A DNA stretch of 64,000 nucleotides from Paragordius varius (Eukaryota; Animalia; Nematomorpha), in the NCBI GenBank assembly GCA_964247055.1, contig OZ176050.1:3410001-3474000 (forward strand). Reading direction: 5' to 3'. A model generated the notes under the pieces. The model was not told the origin of the DNA, made no database searches, and was given only the letters and a program-made list of their open reading frames with translations. Below, in pieces: positions 63,001 to 64,000 of this stretch. Every line of letters begins with the position of its first letter. Positions within the stretch are counted from its first letter, which is position 1. Made by a program: the position numbers and the translations under genes.

Positions 63001-63901
63001 AAACCTAAAAAAACAAAAAAAAACTAAATTTTTACTAAATTTGTTAAAAAACCGCAATTTTTACCTGTAATTATTAAAATGTCCAAAATATGTAGTAGTT
63101 AATTACAATTAACAATGCAAAACCTAAAAAACTAAAAAAAACTATATTTTTACTAAATGTGTTAAAAACCGCAATTTTTACCTGATTAAAATGTCTGAAA
63201 TACTTAAAAATTATTAATAATTAACAATGCAAAACATAAAAGACAAAAATCTAAAATCTACTTAAATTTTCACAAATATATGTTTACCTGTTAGTAATAA
63301 CAACTAAATAAAATTATAATACCAATATTAATTAATACAGGTATTTAGCATGTTGAAAAATATATATTATTAAATTTGGGAAACATAAAAAATCTTAAAA
63401 TACGTATTTTACTATTTATTAGTTTATCAAAGATAAAAACCCATAAAATTCCGCATCTAAATACGTAACAACAATATTACAAATGTTAACATAAATTGCT
63501 ATAATATTCTCAAAATTTAACATTACAAAATATCCATCAAATTAAAGCCTATGTTAATTCTCACGTCTATCCTCTTTCATATGTGTACTACGAAATAATT
63601 TTGTGGGTCAGTATTTTACGCATTTGATAAACCATTTATGTTATTTGGCAGGCAATAAAATTACTTAACATACATTAAAATGCATACTGTATATATATAT
63701 ATATATATAACTATACAATCCAAGCTAAAAATATTTTTACCTCTTTTAGGCTGTTAGAGATGGGATTTGCACCTCAATTAACCGCTATAGTTTCTAATCA
63801 TTTACCCAAACCCATACAAACTCTTCTATTTTCAGCAACATTAAGTTCAAATATGACTTCCTATTTTTTGGATCAAGCCAGTGACGCATCAATGCACAAT
63901 G
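55997..63901 (+). CDS. DDX54: ATP-dependent DEAD-box RNA helicase DDX54/DBP10, 5' part (continues beyond the window)
   Basis: Exons 55997-56039 (or an acceptor at 55957 if further 5' exons exist), 56065-56135, 56157-56369, 56426-56676, 63750-63901. Translation GFEKIG|LIWPIVKAIHYKGYKSPTPIQRK|VIPLILNGK...SRTGSGKTAAF...LSPTRELALQTYKFAKE|FSKF...ILGGDSMEKQF...IATPGRL...LDEADR|LLEMGFAPQL...LLFSAT. Q, I, Ia, GG, Ib, II and III motifs are present, with DDX54-typical GYKxPTPIQRK, RELALQTxKF and GGDxMExQF. Confidence 0.88.
56989..57035. repeat. (TA)n microsatellite (others at ~500-536, 2450-2474, 16338-16368, 24937-24962, 26927-26950, 47527-47551, 63690-63708)
   Basis: Directly visible dinucleotide runs. 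Confidence 0.95.
57480..58400 (+). repeat. ~118-bp minisatellite in the left foldback arm (8 units, the last ones diverged)
   Basis: Unit ttttgcattgttaattgtaattaactactacatattttggacattttaataattacaggtaaaaattgcggtttttaacaaatttagtaaaaa... starting near 57490, 57601, 57720, 57836, 57952, 58069, 58176, 58283. Confidence 0.9.
59281..59346 (+). repeat. 13-14-bp tandem repeat (ccttatgctt-a-nnt) x5; x7 in the opposite arm at 61572-61665
   Basis: Direct count of ccttatgctt and aagcataagg units. Confidence 0.9.
62440..63250 (-). repeat. ~118-bp minisatellite in the right foldback arm (7 units)
   Basis: Reverse complement of the left-arm array with one fewer unit. Confidence 0.85.
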
Positions 63902-64000
63902 GTATAAATTAAAAAAAATATTTTATAAAAAAAGTTTTAATTAATGGATATCCATTATAAGACCTCTTTCTTGGTGATTTTTTATATAAATGTAAAATTG

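Larger units (their letters stand above)
57036..63689. mobile_element. 6.65-kb non-autonomous foldback element (two ~3.0-3.2-kb inverted arms, ~440-bp spacer) in DDX54 intron 4
   Basis: Termini TA|CAGTATGCATTTTAATGTATG...CATACATTAAAATGCATACTG|TA, embedded in (TA)n on both sides. Arms 57036-~60240 and ~60677-63689 are near-identical reverse complements. The ORF track lists no ORF of 60 aa or more inside. Confidence 0.85.

Noticed and set aside
57036-63689. Palindrome as a sequencing or assembly fold-back artefact
   Set aside because: The arms differ in repeat copy number, a ~120-nt indel and SNPs, the termini are defined, and DDX54 resumes in frame after it. Long-read confirmation is still advisable.

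Overview
AT-rich eukaryotic (animal-like) genomic DNA with spliced genes, so the ORF track shows only fragments. All gene models below were assembled by eye from GT-AG sites and reading frame. (1) 1-18.2 kb: two tandem paralogues of an unrecognised secreted protein (complete copy 9863-17153, 8 exons, 344 aa), interspersed with three decayed RTE-like LINEs and several MITEs. (2) 50241->20388, minus strand: a 94-exon gene for a ~2,010-aa secreted protein with a signal peptide, three Ig domains and a ~1,420-aa Pro/Ala/Val/Gly/Thr/Glu low-complexity spacer. All 93 introns are phase 1, all 92 internal exons are multiples of 3, 75 of them are only 27-66 nt, and none ends in T. Any exon can therefore be skipped without frameshift or stop codon. 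The layout resembles a secreted titin-PEVK/tropoelastin-like spliceable spring, or a schistosome-type micro-exon gene. This is the main candidate for an undescribed system. (3) From ~56 kb, plus strand: the 5' part of DEAD-box helicase DDX54/DBP10. It carries obligatory 25-nt and 21-nt GT-AG introns, and a 7.07-kb intron filled by a 6.65-kb foldback element with ~3.1-kb inverted arms. No CRISPR array, rRNA or tRNA genes were seen. The organism cannot be identified from the sequence alone.
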